The notes under the pieces were generated by a model. It was given only the letters and a program-made list of their open reading frames with translations, was not told the DNA's origin and ran no database searches. Shown here piece after piece: positions 60,694 through 64,000 of a stretch of 64,000 nucleotides of DNA. The translations under genes and the position numbers were made by a program. Each line of letters opens with the position of its first letter. The stretch's first letter is position 1. Source of the DNA: Lingula anatina (Eukaryota > Animalia > Brachiopoda); contig CM120643.1 in assembly GCA_051362555.1 (NCBI GenBank), forward strand, positions 9,858,001 to 9,922,000. Direction: 5' to 3'.

Positions 60694-63533
60694 TCAGGCA
60701 AAAAGTTTGTTGAGCTCTATAGTCTGTCCTCTCACGGCAGATTCCCTACACGCCGTGGCTATCTGCATCACTTTTACTACATGATCTCCTGTAAGTTCTA
60801 ATGACTCCTTTCCTGAAACCGCAATAAGAAAAACGGTTAAAAAAGAATGAACATACTATCAAATCTATAAAATCAATAAAAAATAATTTTTATAAAGATT
60901 TGTTCAGAATGAAGTTGTCAATATATATGAGTAAGACATCACTTGAGCTGCTACATTTCTCATTGGCCCAAGCTGGGTTCAGATATATGTAAATTTAAAT
61001 AAAACATTAAAATAATCAGTGATTATCCATTTCCTTTTGGCAGATAAAGTTACATGTAACCTAAGTAATGTAAGTGTTTGAAAATTGAGATTATAGCAAA
61101 CAATATTTCATATGAATGACTTATAAGCTATGTGAGAAACAATGGAATAAATAATAAAAGTTGGTTGGAAAAAGTTATCTTTATCCTATTAAAAAAAAAA
61201 AAAAATTGAGAACTATACCTTTGACCAATTCAACAACATGACATATATATATATACTAGTATTTATAAAAGTAAATGAAAAATAATTCAACACCAACAGC
61301 AATCATCACAATAATAACAATGTTATATATTTTACCTGCAGCTGTTTTGATAAAATGCTTTAATTCCTCTTCATAAGCAGAGTCATATCTGTGTAAGTCG
61401 TACACTATAGGAGTTCCACTAACGCCCTCTGGTGTCCAGTGGTGAATGCTGCTTGGATGCTGGTTCTCTGAAGTCAACATGCCGTTTGAGCCTAATACCT
61501 GAAATATAAACCAGGAAAACAAATTTTCAAAATTCTGAAAAAAAAATGAATTAAAAAAAACCCCCACTAAATAGTAAAGATCAGTACAAATTTTAAAAAT
61601 CAGTATATTTCCATTTGCTTCATTTTTACATTTGTATTTTTTTCCACTTGCTTCATTTTTACATTTTTTCTTTTATGAATCTTCGGGACACATTTTAAAA
61701 GTTCTTAAAAAAGATAAATAATAGCATAACATGAGTGGATAACCCAAACAGCCAGCCACAGGGAATAAACCAATCACAACCAACATATGAACAAACAGCA
61801 TATATTCTAAAGCTGGACTGGACTGGCCAATCACACCACCCCCTCACCACTTACAGTACCTCAACCCCCTGATCATGGCCATACACAGCATGCCTGGACT
61901 GGTCAATCACCCCACCTCACCCTCACCACCCCCTTACCACTTACCTCAACCCTCTGATCATGGCCATACACAGCATGCCTGGACTGGTCAATCACCCCAC
62001 CCCACCCTCACCACCCCCTTACCACTTACCTCAACCCTCTGATCATGGCCATACACAGCATGCCTGGACTGGTCAATCACCCCAGACCCCCTCTCTCCCC
62101 CCCCACCTCACCCCCCCACCACTTACCTCAACCCTCTGATCATGGCCATACACAGCATGCCTGGACTGGTCAATCACCCCAATCACCCCAGAGGGAAACT
62201 TGAGCACAGCAACAATAGTGTCAAAGTCTCCGTGTTGCATGAATACAGGGTCGTGTGTGTTTACAGTACACGAGACGCTGATAGGGTGCTCTCCCAGCAG
62301 CCAGCACATCACATCTATGTCATGGACAGTACTGTCCAAGAAGTAGCCACCTGGTAAACACAGTAAAACTCACAATGAGCACATTCAAACAAAATTGTAT
62401 TAAGTTTGGAATTTGATTCTTTGTTGAGGATTGCAGTCCACGCAAAAAAAAAAAGATTTATTACAGAGAAAAGGACTGCATTTAGATTCCTAAATACACC
62501 ACATATGTTCAAGAACACATAGTCTCATTTTTTATTATTATAACTATTATTCTTTTTTTTTTTTGAAAATGACAACCATGTTGAATTTAAAAGTGCTACA
62601 TTTTCTGCGCCTGTTAAATGCTACTCAATCTTTTATTAATTGGTATTTACATTTCCATATCATAATATATCATCATGCAGCACTCAATTGGCAGAAATGG
62701 CATATGACCATCAGCAATGGCAATGACAGTGATGCCAACATGACAGTATTCAAAATGCATATGTGTAAAATTGCCCAAGGTCTTGTTTTAAAACAATAGA
62801 ATAACAACTGTAAACAATGGAAATCTATTAAAAAAAATATGCAGAATACCCATACGTGCAAAAAGTTGAAAACTCTGCAAAGGGGAACCGTACCATGCGC
62901 TGCAGAATATGCTGCCGCAGACGCCATGTCTGGGCAGGCATCTCTAGAGCATGTCTTGGCCATCATAGGCTTGCCTATCTCTCCACTGAGAAGTCTTCTT
63001 TGGAGATGTCGAAGCTGGGGATCAAACCTCCTACAATGAGAATGTAAATTTAATATATTAAGTGAATGGTACTAATAGGTACCACAATACTTTTTATATG
63101 CACCTGTAACTAGCTACCAGATAGTATGAAACACAATTTATTCATGTTAGTTAATAAGGTAAATTCTTGTGTGTAATACTTAGTCTGGTAGTACAATTTT
63201 AAAATAAAAATGTGTATTGTAACTCAAGATTTGGTTTTCATTAATTTGGATTTTGAGTTAATATATTGACTTGATATATTTTTTTGTTGCTCATTATCGT
63301 TCAGTCATGACAATCAGCTTTTTAGCAGGCTTAAAAATGAATGAACAAAATAGGTAAAAATAGGCATTATTTCATCTTTATATTTTCTATTTTTATACAA
63401 TGAATATTCAATTTAACTATCCATTCCTTTGTTATAAATTGTAATAAATTTAATATGCCTTTCTACATCATGCTCCCTAGTTCAGCAGAATGAGGGGGTG
63501 GGGGCAGGAGGAAGGAAAGTGTATTACAGTTTG

Positions 63534-63580
<47 letters not shown>

Positions 63581-64000
63581 TCAAGGGTTTTCCCAGCAAA
63601 CCATCCAGCTGTCATTTGAATGGCCGCCAGCATCATTGGTTGGCCTATATTTTTAAAGATGGTTGGAAGGCTTATGGATTTGTTGGAAATACATATATGA
63701 TAGCTTAAGCCTGCAGTGTTAGAAATTAATGATTGAATGTCTGCCCAGGGCTGGCAACTTTCAGAACGGGCTGAGAAGTTTTCCCACCTGGCAGACATTT
63801 GAGCCAGCTACTTTTCAAGCTGGCTGAACTTTCGGTCCAGCAACTAATTTTCCTAAGAGGCAAACGCTAGCTTTAGCCATACTTTGGACTCCCTGAATTT
63901 TTGCAGGAAATTACAGGTGGTCATTTTGGATGGCCTGTACCCCCAATCCTGGGAAAAACCCTGACGTGAATGCAACTAAAACATACCTATTAAACCCACA
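60694..64000 (-). CDS. myo-inositol 2-dehydrogenase-like Gfo/Idh/MocA oxidoreductase, 3' part; exons 63987->64000, 62894-63030, 62127-62350, 61336-61498, 60694-60812
   Basis: Spliced translation CGFNRRFDP..GEIGKP..CSRD..GGYFLDSTVHDIDVMCWLLGE..GDFDT..DQSRHAVYGHDQRVEVLGSNGML..AYEEELKHF..ACRESA matches IolG-type motifs. Phases are consistent and the gene continues beyond the window. Confidence 0.9.
61828..62182 (-). repeat. Four tandem copies of the last ~55 nt of an exon plus its GTAAGT donor
   Basis: accacttacctcaaccctctgatcatggccatacacagcatgcctggactggtcaatcacccc occurs at ~62118, 62021, 61936 and (variant) 61846. Confidence 0.92.

Larger units (their letters stand above)
47120..60830. repeat. 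Tandem segmental duplication: unit A ~47120-51330 and unit B ~51335-60830, the latter expanded by TE insertions
   Basis: Collinear matches include 47122/51334 gtttcta.gaagttgcaaaaataagtgg, 47700/53370, 47830/54610, 49240/58366, 50760/59655 and 51100/60795. Confidence 0.92.

Noticed and set aside
1-64000. tRNA or rRNA genes
   Set aside because: No cloverleaf with A/B boxes or rRNA-like segment was recognised by eye. tRNAscan-SE/Infernal would be needed to exclude them formally.

Overview
AT-rich, intron-dense animal genomic DNA, probably a lophotrochozoan such as a mollusc (inferred from gene and repeat content). It is not prokaryotic. All gene models were spliced by hand from GT-AG sites and frame continuity. 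(1) MAF1, minus strand, 6 coding exons. (2) A 40-exon, ~1328-aa plus-strand gene with rifampin-phosphotransferase/PigC/YvkC-type architecture (ATP-grasp, central domain, C-terminal phospho-His swivel domain), plus a hydrophobic N-terminus and a ~400-aa extra N-terminal domain. (3) A secreted lectin-like gene with two Cys-rich DUF3011/ADEL-like repeats. (4) Two paralogous B-box-only genes with C-terminal hydrophobic tails, inside a tandem segmental duplication that also carries extra copies of the neighbouring gene's last exon. (5) The 3' part of a myo-inositol 2-dehydrogenase-like (Gfo/Idh/MocA) gene. Notable non-coding structure includes tandem 'echo' duplications of exon-intron junctions in three unrelated genes, and a Penelope-type inverted repeat carrying a minimal hammerhead-ribozyme motif. 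There are also Helentron-like elements with internal satellites, several MITEs, a 5'-truncated LINE and long microsatellites.
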